Both the position numbers and the translations under genes were made by a program. A stretch of DNA of 64,000 nucleotides, taken from Lytechinus pictus (lineage: Eukaryota). The notes below the pieces were generated by a model. The model did no database searches, was not told the DNA's origin, and was given only the letters and a program-made list of their open reading frames with translations. This document shows, piece after piece, positions 48,236 through 59,381 of this stretch (position 1 is its first letter; each line of letters starts with the position of its first letter). Location: positions 7,070,001-7,134,000 of the forward strand of contig NC_087252.1 of NCBI RefSeq assembly GCF_037042905.1, written 5' to 3'.

Positions 48236-50242
48236 TCAAGTCAGTCAATAATATCAAAACTTTACTGGCAAGTAAGTGTGTGGGCATTAATGGCCATTTC
48301 TTCCCAATGAAGCTCTGTCGTTTGGGAGCGATTGGTTCATATCAATCAAATTTTAGCTTCCCCTAAAATTTCAGTGTCTTTCCCAGAGTTCTATGTACAT
48401 CCACTACAATACCCTGTCACATTTTCATAACAGGCGAGATCCTAATAATTATTAGATACATGTAGTAAGCACATTCAATGACCCGGTGATGACTTTTGTC
48501 GGTGTGTTAGCTTTGTCATGTATGAGTAAAAAGTATGAAGAAATATGATCAAATCATATATATCAAAATTAGGCTTCTTACCTAGATGCGATTATTATGC
48601 AGATACTATAATTATTTGGACAGCTTCTGATTTTTTCAGGCTTATGAGGTTTCATACTTTGACCAATTTTCTAACAATTTTCATTCAAATATTATGACCA
48701 GATGTATTCAGGAATATTATATATAGTTGATATGGAAAATGTGTTGCTTAGCAACTGTTGCTGTACATGATTGGAACGTTGCTTGATATGTGATTGTAAA
48801 ATTGGCGCTTAGAAGTCAAGATATAGTTTTTAAAATGAAGATAACATCCCAAAACGGAGGTTGCTAAGGTAAATATGTTACCTAGCAACTGTTGCTATAT
48901 GAAGAGAGACCAGGTTGGCACCCCTTGCTAAAAATGTTCAGCACTGTTTACTCTACCTGTCAGCCAAATTTCATGCTTGTACAATAATCTGAACAATTCT
49001 TGCTATTTTTTGCACCGATCATCCAGACTATTTAGATTTCACTCGACTTGTACGTGTACGTACGTCCACATGAAACAGCGCGATAACCAGCGGGTCATGA
49101 CACGCTGCCCGACCCGGAAGATCTGGCGCACCATCGCCTGGCGACCCGGTCGGGTGATGCGAAGGTGCAACTTGTGCACATTTGCCCTTTCACTTGCTTT
49201 GATTCCTTTTTACGCGAGTTAGGATATATATCGATGAATATTTTGGAGATCAGAAAGCAATTTCAAATATGATAAACATAATGCATCGTACAACTTACAT
49301 TAATTTTGTGAAAAGTCACTGAAAACTGTGTTTTAAAAGGGAAAGGTTGATCTTCATGCTGGGCTTAAACGGTTAAAATGACGTCACTCACGTGCACGTC
49401 AAAATTGATTTAGGAGATCCGCAAAAAGGATGTGGCGAGGTTCTCGATTTTGATAGTGGACGTGTGTGAGAACATATGGCAGGCCAAAAAATGACGTCAT
49501 CTCGTACCAGTCCACTATGTGGACGTACATTTCTAAAAGTGCTCAATGGAGACTTTTAGGAGCAGTGAACGTGAACGACGTAGCAGTCCTCTGATCGTTC
49601 GAGTGAACGTCGTCGTCTGCCCTTGTTCACTACAGATGCGAATACTTTAGATTTCACTCGACATGTACGTGTACGTACGTCCACATGAAACAGCGCGATA
49701 ACCAGCGGGTCATGACACGCTGCCCGACCCGGAAGATCTGGCGCACCGTCGCCTGGCGACCCGGTCGGGTGATGCGAAGGTGCAACTTGTGCACATGTGC
49801 CCTTTCACTTGCTTTGATTCCTTTTTACGCGAGTTAGGATATATTTCGATGTATATTTTGGAGATTAGAAAGCAATTTCAAATATGATAAACATAATGCA
49901 TCGTACAACTTACATTATTTTTGTGAAAAGTCGCTGAAAACTGTGTTTCAAAAGGGAAAGGTTGATCTTCATGCTGGGCTTGAACGGTTAAAATGACGTC
50001 ACTCACGTGCACGTCGTCTATGATTTAGGAGAACCGCAAAATGGATGTGGCGAGGTTCTCGATTTTGAGAGTGGACGTGTGTGAGGACGTGAGGCATATG
50101 GCAGGCCAAAAAATGACGTCATTTCGTACCAGTTCACTATGTGGACGTACATTTCTAAAAGTGCTCAATGACACAACGAAGACTCAACGCCGTAGCGGTC
50201 TGCAATGTTCACTGTGGCATCCTTGACCAAGTCAACATCGAA

Positions 50243-50666
50243 GGACGCACACCACTAATAGGATCCGGCAATTTCGAGAATCCCCTTTAGACCCATACCT
50301 AACATGACGTAATGGTTGGAAAAATATTCATATAAAATCAACGGTTTTTTTTCATATGGGCATAGAGAGGGATTACTACTGAATCTGTTCAGTCCCATGG
50401 GAGAGCAGTAATTTGTCAATGCTGGGTTTTATGGGAACTTAATTAGTTGGCCGAGAAACCCTGTGAGCACTGTGACTGCAACCAAGTTTGCACGTAGTCT
50501 TGGTTTGAGCCCCTGTAGCGCGGAAAAATGCTGAAGAACACCTTTTCATATGTTTAGCGTTTGAAGGATATTGGATGAACTACCAAATGATAAAGGTGTG
50601 GATGATTTTTTCAAATCTCATTTTTAACAAATGAGTCTATGGGGAAATAGTTAGTGGTGTGTGCCC
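50243..50666. mobile_element. MITE inserted in the hAT transposase 3' end
   Basis: GGACGCACACCACTAA vs TTAGTGGTGTGTGCCC (14/16 inverted match); interrupts the coding remnant. Confidence 0.65.
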
Positions 50667-50779
50667 GGAGTAAGTGACCAAATAATTTGCAGCCAGATCT
50701 GACATCAGGAAGAAAAATTTTGGCAATTTCTAATCCTACAAAGTAAGAGGATTTCGCACAAGTTGAGTGGATTTACACT

Positions 50780-51394
50780 GTATCATATTGTTATTGTAAT
50801 TATTAATATTACCATTATTAGTTTTATTAATACTGTTGTTATCATATTATAAGAATCATTGTTATTATTTTATTATTTATAGTATTATTATTACTCTCTA
50901 TCACTATTATTCTTTTAAATATCATAATTATTATTTTTGTTATTATTATTATAGGCCCTACTTATTATTATCATTATTATTATTATTATATTAGTATTAT
51001 CATTATTATTATTATTATTATTATTAATGTTATCATCATTATATAATTAGTATTGTTATTATTATTATCATTAATATGAATAGGCAATAGTATTATCCCC
51101 TTGTTTTGTTTATTGTCCTTTTGTTCTTTCACTGTTGTTATTTTACTATTATTATCGATGAGATTATCCAGCAGTATTATCATGGTGATTATCATAAGGT
51201 GTTTTGTTTTTTGCTAAAGAATGTATAGTTAGACCTATTATTAAAAGCACCGTTGTCTGAAAGTAGGAAGTTATATCTTGTTTTGTACATCGTGTTCATG
51301 ACTCTCCTTTGATTAATAGTGTAGAATGATGCATCATTTGAATAAACTTAGCGATTTGTAAATGTTGATGACATGTGTATATGTGCGTGAGAGA

Positions 51395-51430
<36 letters not shown>
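50780..51430. repeat. Degenerate (ATT)n region and (GT)n(GA)n microsatellites
   Basis: Direct inspection. Confidence 0.9.
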
Positions 51431-52170
51431 AAAAAATATGCGTGATGGGTGTGTGGATATCCGTTAGCTTGAAGTGGATGATTTATTCATGAATTCATTT
51501 TGAATGTAATCTCTAATAAAACCATTCAACCATCATGGGGTAAAAAAAAAAAAGATAATAATATTGGAGGGGTATTTGCCATAGGGACATATCGATGACA
51601 ATTCCTTGCATATATAAAAACATGATTGCAAAAAAAATGTCAAAATATTTCGATCATCCCCCTCCCCCACCAACTAACATGGATTTACGCCAGTGCATCC
51701 TCGCCTCGGCTATTACACAGTACTTCATCTTAAAGCCTCTTTAACAATTGGTGGTGCGACTGCCTACAATCGTTGCGATTCAGTGCAACATGTATTGTGA
51801 CCAAATAATCGCAAACGATTGCACGAGCAATTGTGAAAGCCCCATAATACATATATGCATATTCATTAACATCACCTACACATACTACGCACACACAACC
51901 CGCCCCCCCCCCACCCCTTCCGCTAACACAAACACACACAAACGCACACACATCAACACTCGCCGCATTCCTCAATACAATGGGTATCTGATTTATTAAT
52001 TCCATTTTATTTTTGTTTGTATGACGCGTACTATTCTTACATCCTTGGGAGACAATTATTTACATATATGTATTTATTTCATGTAGTCAGACTAACCTGT
52101 TCAGAAATATAATCTGATTTACATAGGTATCTGATATGCCTTCCCTATGAAGAAACACCTTACATTATAA

Positions 52171-52596
52171 CGGTTACACTTCGAAGGTTCGTAATTCCGA
52201 AGGTTCTTTATTCCGAAGGTTCGTAATTCCGAAACACGTAAATTGCCTATACCTCGATGTTCGTTAATCCGAAAACGTAATAGGGTTCGTTAATCCGAAC
52301 ATTTGTGGCGTTATTCCGAAGGTTCGTTATTCCGAAGGTTTGATAATCCGAAAACGAAATAAGGTTCGATGTTCTGAAGGTTCGTTAATCCGAAAACGAA
52401 ACAAGGTTCGTTGTTCCGAATGTTCGTTAATGCGAAAACGAAATAAGGTTCGTTGTTCCGAAGCTTCGTTAGTCCGAAAACGAAATAAGGTTTGTTAATC
52501 ATTTCGTTTTTCGGACTAACGAACCTTCGGAAATACTAACCTTCGGAATATCCGAACCTTCGGAATAACGAAGCTTTGCAATTACGAATGTATGCG
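52171..52596. mobile_element. Foldback/TU-like MITE made of ~15-bp tandem repeats
   Basis: TTCCGAAGGTTCGT units forward, then inverted; exact 8-bp TSD CATTATAA (52163-52170, 52597-52604). Confidence 0.8.
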
Positions 52597-54559
52597 CATT
52601 ATAACAATAAGGTAACATTATAAACTGCCAACGCCAGACATACAGGCCCGTATTCTGATAGCAGGTTTAATTTAACCCTAGTCTAAAGTTAACCCTGGTT
52701 TAACTAAACCTCCGCTAAACCTCACCTCTGGTCTAAGTGTAGTTTAATTATTTTGGTATTCTGATAGGCGGATTTAACTAAACCTGGGTTAAACCCGGGT
52801 TTTAAATTCTTTTTGGAAATAATAACCCTCTTTTAACCAAGACTAGCACCTTTTTGGTAAATTCCTGCTGCAGGGATGATTGCAACAAAGTTGAAAAAAT
52901 GTTACTAAACGGTTGTTTTTTCTTAAAAATTCGGATTTTATGGAAACTAATTACAACTATTGTAGTAAAAGAAAAGCATTCATCACCCATATATGGTAAG
53001 AAATTTTCTTGAAGATAATCTTTATTTTTGTTAATTACTAAAATATTTCAACCCCAAACCGAGTGACTTCCACAGTTTTTTGTGTATCAGTCCCATTTAT
53101 TGCTTTTCATGTTTGTCAAAATCTAAATTGAATAGATTCCCCTCAACCACTCTACTCTAGACTAGAGTCTAGACTCTAGTCCTAGATCTAAAACAATAAG
53201 TTAAGAGGTCGACGTCTTTATTCTAACTTTAAGTAAGGTATTTATTTAACTTTTGATAGTAGTCTTGGGTCTAACATTAGGCCTATAGTTAGATCTAGCC
53301 TTGGCCAGATTGTTTGGAGGAGAATTGAACATTGTTTTGACTGTTTTTCCTTTCCTGAAGCAAAACGTGTCTACGGTACGTAGTAGTGAGTTAGTGGAGC
53401 AACCGAGACTGAAGATACATATTGGTCTAGCCCTAGAACAACATTTAGGACTTAGGCTGGCTTAGCTTAGGGACAGGGATAGATATATATTATTATTTTA
53501 ACCTTAGATCTAACAAAGTTAGTGGAATACGAATAGATCTGATTTGTCTTAGACTTAAGACAAAAAGCTTTGGACAGTCTATGGGTCTGGGACATGGATA
53601 GATATAGTAATAGTATTATAGATTATTCTAACCTTAGGCTTAGATCAAGTGGAATAGATCTGATACTCTTAGACAAAAAGCTTTGAACAGTCTCTGTATT
53701 GGTTGCTCGCTGAACTACGTATGACAGTCTATGTTGGCCTCTCTCACCAAGGCAATGTGATACGACAGTAAAATGTCAGAATTTTTTTAATAATCTCCAG
53801 AAACAACGGTTATTCCTGTCTAAATTTAGAATTAGTCCTAGACATCTCTCTACTCCTGTTTTAGGTCCATATCTGTTTCTTTGAAGAGTTTTTTTTTATT
53901 TAAACATTTTTGGGGGACTCGTTTGTGTTTCCAGATCTAGGACTAGAAATCAGGCCTAAACCTAGACCAACAGCTCATTCTTGACTAGACTAGGCCTGGC
54001 CTAGATTTCTGTAAGAATTTAGATCTTGGCCTAACGCTTGTCTGTGCTATCTATTCTTTGTAGATTCTATTTCTAGCCTAGCCGGTAGCCCTAACATTAG
54101 GACTGACCGATCTAGTCTACTGTATGATCTAGAATGTCTAACGCTGGCCTACATCTAGTAGACTTAATAACTTAGACTAAAAGTTAGACCCTATGTAGAC
54201 CTAGAACTAGATCTATATCAATCTAGGTCTACATGTAATAGGTCTAGATCTAGAGGTTTCTAGACTCTCAACATGCTCAATGTAGATTCTAAATAATAAA
54301 AAATAGTAAATGTAGGCTAGTCTACAGTATATCTACTCATCTAACTTTAGGCCTTTAAAGCAATAAAGGAAGTAGGCTACAGATCTAAAGTTGGATTATT
54401 TCTATTACTAGATCTAAAGGATCTAGATCTAGGCCTAGATCTAAAGCTAGGGACTGTAGTTTGAGAACTAGAGGTCTAGCACCCCCTTAAAACTAGTACT
54501 AAGCCTACACCTACATGTACTATGTAGTTCTCTGTGTAGCCAAACAGCAGTTTCCATTG

Positions 54560-57500
54560 TCTTAATCTTATTTTGGTGTGTGTAGTTGCCATACAAACAC
54601 AAATTTTGATGAATGAGAAAATGTGCCTTGCAGATTATTTTACCTCAAGCCAAAACCTAGTGTTCTAAATTTCATGAGCATACGCATATGTCATAAAATG
54701 AAGAAGTAGTTCAATCCATTAGATGTGCTTACACATTTATTGATTTAATATGCTGTCACCATGGCAACACAGTTTCCAACACATGTATACAAATATATGT
54801 CTTTCAGATCTATACCTCAAAACTAATGTGTGAGCCAACTTTATAAGAATTGGTTGAAAACCAATGAAGGAGTACAGATTTTCACCTAATTTCATTATGT
54901 AATATGTTGTTACCATGGCAACGCGATTTCTGATACATACAAAAATATGTCTTGCACATCTTCAACTCAAGACTAATTTGTGTGCCAAATATTATGAGCA
55001 TTGGTTGAAAAAAAGATGAAGGAGTTGGAACTACCAAATTTTCGCCTTATTTTTGTTATTTAATATGTTGTTACCATGGCAACACGATTTCTGATACAGA
55101 CAAAAATATATCTTAGACATCTTCACCTCAACATTAATGTATGTGCCAAATTTTTAAGAGAATTGACCACTTGGAAACTGATAAATAGGTCAAATCACTA
55201 GATTTTCATCTAACTTTGATATTTGATTTGTTACAATGGCAACATGATTTTTTTATAAAGTCATAAAATATATTTTGCACATCTTCACATCAAGACTAAT
55301 GTTTGTGCCACATTTCATGAGAATTGGTTAAAACTGGGGAAGTAGTTGGAATTGCTAGATTTTTACATAATTTTTGCCATAATATACCGTTACCATGGCA
55401 ACACAATTTCCGACATAATTCTATATTTTTAGTACCAGTACATAGAAATGAAATCATAGATATAGTGAACAACTTAAAAAACAAAAAAAGCTGTGGTCAC
55501 GATGGTATTGACAATATTTTATTAAAGAATGTTATAGAATATATTGTTGATCCATTAGTATACATATTCAACCTTTCTTTAAGTAATGGCGTCGTGCCTG
55601 ACAATATGAAAATATCAAAGATAATACCAGTGCACAAAAAAGGAGAAAAGATTAATGTATGTAACTATAGACCGATAGCTTTATTACCTACTTTGTCTAA
55701 AGTTATGGAAAGGGTGATCTACACAAGATTATTAAATTTTTTGAATAAATATAATATAATCTCTGATTTTCAATTTGGATTTCGCCAAAAAGATAGTACA
55801 TCTCATGCCACTCTCTCATTTATTGACAAAATCACAAAAGCTATTGACAACTTTGAACATACAATAGGTGTTTTTCTGGACCTCTCCAAGGCCTTTGACA
55901 CTATAAATCATGAAATACTGCTCTACAAACTTGAAAATTACGGAGTTCGTGGGAAGGCCTTGGAGTGGTTCAGAAACTACCTCGTAAATCGTAAACAATT
56001 CGTAAGCATAAATGAACAAAATTCTTCTCTACAAAATGTTAACTGGGGTGTTCCCCAAAGCAGCCTCCTGGGCCCTCTTTTATTCATAATCTATATAAAT
56101 GACATCCAGAACTCCTCTGAAATATTATCTTATGTCCTTTTTGCAGATGATTCAAATGTACTATACTCTCATCCTAACCCCGATATTCTAATAAATGTAC
56201 TGAACACTGAACTGGATAAATTGGTACAATGGATTAGGGCTAACAAATTGTCAATTAATGTACAAAAAACGAAATGCATGCTTTTTAGCAATTCTTTAGA
56301 ACAATTGCCATCTAATATCAAATTGGACAATAAAGACATTGAAGTTGTTACTACAACAAAAATTTTAGGTCTCATAATAGACAACAAATTATCTTGGAAA
56401 ACACACATTGACTTTATATGTCGTACAATTTCACGCAATATTGGTGTTATTAACAAAGTCAAATTTTTTCTTCCAACTTCCTCCCTAAAAATGCTTTATT
56501 CAACATTAATTTTACCATATTTAAATTATGGAGCAATTGTTTGGGGAAATACACACTCAACCTACCTTGATAGAATATTACTTTTACAAAAGAAGGCATT
56601 GCGTGTTATTTTCAACTTGTCCTGGAGATCTCACACAGATGAGCTGTTTTTTAACAACAACATTCTAAAAATAAAAACACTGTACCAATATAACTTAGGT
56701 CAATTCATGTATCAGTTAAACAACAATATGTTACCATTCATATTTAATTCTTCATTTAACAAAAACAAAACTCTTCACAAATATCCCACACGTCAATCAG
56801 ATGAATTCCATTTACCACTACCCCGGACCATCCTTGCAAAATCTATTTTTACTTTTGAAGGCCCTAGACTCTGGGGAACTATTAATAAAAACATCAAAGA
56901 ATCACCAAGCCTTAATTCTTTCAAATATCAGTTCAAAAAATTTCTCCAAGATAACCATTGAATTTAACTCTTCATCACTCAAACTCTTGTATTTTTTTTT
57001 AAATCAAACATGATTATCATGTCACGTACGCTTTTACATCTCTTTCGTTTTCCTGTTGATCAACGAGGTCCGTCTGTGAGTGCTGGGGCTGGATTCTGGA
57101 GACCTTTAATCTCTCTTTTTCTTATTTCCTTTTCTATTTTAATTTCCCCTATTTCCTTTTAATTTAACTGGTTCATGCTCTAGTTGTTATATTGATTTTT
57201 ATATGTTATGCAACTACAAGAATATTTATTAGGAGGCTGCACTCTACAAGCTCCGCTTTTTAGCAGCCTCCTCCATTTCCAACCTGATATGTAATAATCT
57301 TGAATATAATTTTTGTACAGGAATACTTGAAATATGTTTTGTTATTCATATGTTAAAATGTACAAAATAAACTGTAATTGTTGAAAATGGAAATAAACGA
57401 AATGAAATGAAATGAAATGAAATATGCAAAAATGTGTCTTGCAAATTTTCACCTAAAGACTTATGTCTGTGCCAACTTTCTTGAGAATTGGTAAAAAAAT

Positions 57501-57670
57501 GATGAAAGTATTTTAAACGGCAAAATTTTGGTCATGATATACTGTTACCATGGCAACATAATCTCCAAAAAAAGGGGGAAAAAATTCTTACATCTCCTTA
57601 CCTTGAGAACAATGTGTGTTCCAAATTTCATGAAAATCGGTTAAAAACTGAGAAATTAGCTTGTAATGCA
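54560..57670. repeat. ~160-bp tandem array with GTTACCATGGCAAC core, split by a LINE fragment
   Basis: Cores at ~54758, 54912, 55073, 55233 and 55392; the array resumes at 57424 with a core at ~57548. Confidence 0.8.
55418..57423 (+). mobile_element. 5'-truncated CR1/L2-group (Crack/Daphne-like) LINE: RT to 3' end
   Basis: Open frame to 56961 with NYRPIALL, QFGFR, LDLSKAFD, GVPQSSLLGP and FADD; 3' UTR hairpin AGGAGGCTGC...GCAGCCTCCT (~57231-57272); (GAAAT)n tail. Confidence 0.9.
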
Positions 57671-58063
57671 ATATAGGCATAAATTCTAAAAAATTGTTGG
57701 CCATGATTTGTTGGATTTAAACCAGGCCTAAACTACCCCCTGCGCGAGTTTAACTTTTTGAGGATTTATTACCACACTTAGACCAGGGTTAGCTTAAACC
57801 TTGCTATCGGAATACGAGACTTAAACCTAGATTTAAATATGGCAGTTTATTACCATACTTAGACCAGGGTTAAGTTAAACCACGCTATCAGAATACGGGC
57901 CACAGTGTAGATAAATGGTAAAAGTAAATACGTAGATGCGTAGATACGAACCACTGTATGAAGATGTAAGCCTTAGTACATTTTTCTTTAATAATCTGAT
58001 GCTACAGTAACATTAACAAAACCTACCTGACCGATAATATGTAAATTGAAATAAAGTCAATCA

Positions 58064-58196
58064 GGGTCCGTAACACAAAGCTTAGCAATCATCGTAGAAC
58101 ATTTTTTTTTAATATAAACGTTTGATTGCATTGACTACCATAGCATTTAAGCAATGTCAGCGTAAGATTAATCGCTAACCTTCGTGTTACGGGACC
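58064..58196. mobile_element. Short MITE
   Basis: GGGTCCGTAACACAAAGCTTAGC ... GCTAACCTTCGTGTTACGGGACC imperfect TIRs. Confidence 0.55.
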
Positions 58197-59381
58197 TTGG
58201 AGATGGTTTCGGTGAGGGGTAAAATAAAAGGAAACAAGAGCAGATTAGTACTAGGAAAATTGTATTACATCTTTATATATGCTTTCTTATACTACATATA
58301 CCACTACATAAGTATTGTATAGTTTCAAAAGAAATTGAACTACAATTTCACTCTAAATGAGGGGACCAATAAAATCCAGAGAAAAATGAAATATGTGAAT
58401 TAATTACACAAGAACCTAGCACGTCCATTGAGCTTTCGTATAAAACACATATTGCGATGCATCTTTATGTCATCTTGCATACATACAGTCGTTCTTTGGT
58501 GACACAAATTTTGCATCTGCGACAATTGTTCCGGCTTAATTTCGTCTGAGATGTAGGGTTAGGGTTGTAACAGGGTTTAATTTTAGACTTAATGTGTGGT
58601 TGGGGGAGGGTATAATGTCAAACCCAGGGTTGAAATTGGTCATTCGATTAGTGTGTGGAATTTACAGCGGAGCAATTGTCGCCGGAGCAAATGTCATGAA
58701 ACCAAAAACAACTGTATAATTCAAATGTCCATAGTAGACGCATACAACCCTTCATCCAAGTTAGTCAAAGACAAGTAACTCTGTGAAATAAGAAAAAATA
58801 TCAGTTTTAAGACCAATAAATGTTGATTTCGCATTGACTTCGAAACCTTCATCTCACCAACCCCAGGTTATAAATAACTCATAAATCAATTCGAAATTAT
58901 GGCCCTAATAATTGGATCAACTTTCTAGACAATATTAAGTCATGTTCAATAATATACTAATTGAAAGCTACTATTAAAAGAAAAACCATCGAATCATATG
59001 AATCCCCCTCTTTAAGTGAATACTTCAACTGCCCTCTACTTCATCAGCACCTGCATTGCACCCACTTGATCAATGAAGAATTTATTTATTTATTTATTTA
59101 TTTATTTTGTTTTATTTATTTTATACTGCAGGGTAGGCCTGTTCAGTTCTTAAAACTGCTTTACAAAGGTGCCCTGCAGTTTAAAATACATGTCAAGATA
59201 ACTATGAACAACAACAACAAACAACATCAAAAATACAAAATACAAAATATCTAACATCAGAAACAATTAACACCAAAATATAGAGTGGGAAGTGACAATT
59301 TAAACATACATAGCATTGTAAATCAATGGAATATCATTTCGCTCTTTATCAATTCGTATGAAAGGCTTTGCATATTTTTTT

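Larger units (their letters stand above)
44335..49030. mobile_element. TIR element with TAGTC termini (Academ-like), non-autonomous or degenerate
   Basis: ~150-bp imperfect TIRs (TAGTCT..GTACAAGCATGAAA..AACATTTTTAGCAAGGG.TGCCAAC). 3-bp TSD TTT is shown by comparison with the uninterrupted host copy at ~49640. Confidence 0.75.
44235..50166. mobile_element. Head-to-tail dimer of a ~618-bp short-TIR element (first copy split by the Academ-like element)
   Basis: Copy 1 = 44235-44334 + 49034-49544; copy 2 = 49549-50166. Ends are GAGACTTTTAG / CTAAAAGTGCTC; spacer AATG. Confidence 0.8.
43478..50733 (+). pseudogene. Fragmented hAT transposase (ZMYM1-like N-terminus + C-terminal dimerization domain)
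   Basis: After removing inserts: MSQSGSKRRKLSKIT...EST|TASKEE...KPNHP...VYFQAN, then a deletion, EKSFSTLRRLKSWLRNT|MTQRRLNAVAVCNVH..ILDQVNIE (from 50168), and FAARSDIRKKNFGNF*. Confidence 0.8.
42985..51695 (+). mobile_element. hAT-superfamily DNA transposon, internally deleted, with nested insertions
   Basis: 15-bp TIR CACTGGCGTAAATCC / GGATTTACGCCAGTG; 8-bp TSD CATCTTCG / CATCCTCG (7/8); transposase remnants inside. Confidence 0.88.
52645..57901. mobile_element. PIF/Harbinger-like non-autonomous TIR element with nested repeats and a LINE fragment
   Basis: GGCCCGTATTCTGATAGC...GCTATCAGAATACGGGCC with longer imperfect arms; 3-bp TSD ACA on both sides. Confidence 0.82.

Noticed and set aside
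47100..48500. Transposase remnant inside the TAGTC-ended element
   Set aside because: Looks like decayed coding sequence on the minus strand, but I could not recover a diagnostic motif; needs TBLASTX/HMM.
50986..51195. Ile/Asn-rich ORF
   Set aside because: Translation of an (ATT)n microsatellite.
55324..55417. N-terminus of the 545-aa ORF
   Set aside because: Encoded by the tandem-repeat unit (PLPWQH = CCATGGCAAC); a chance fusion to a truncated LINE.
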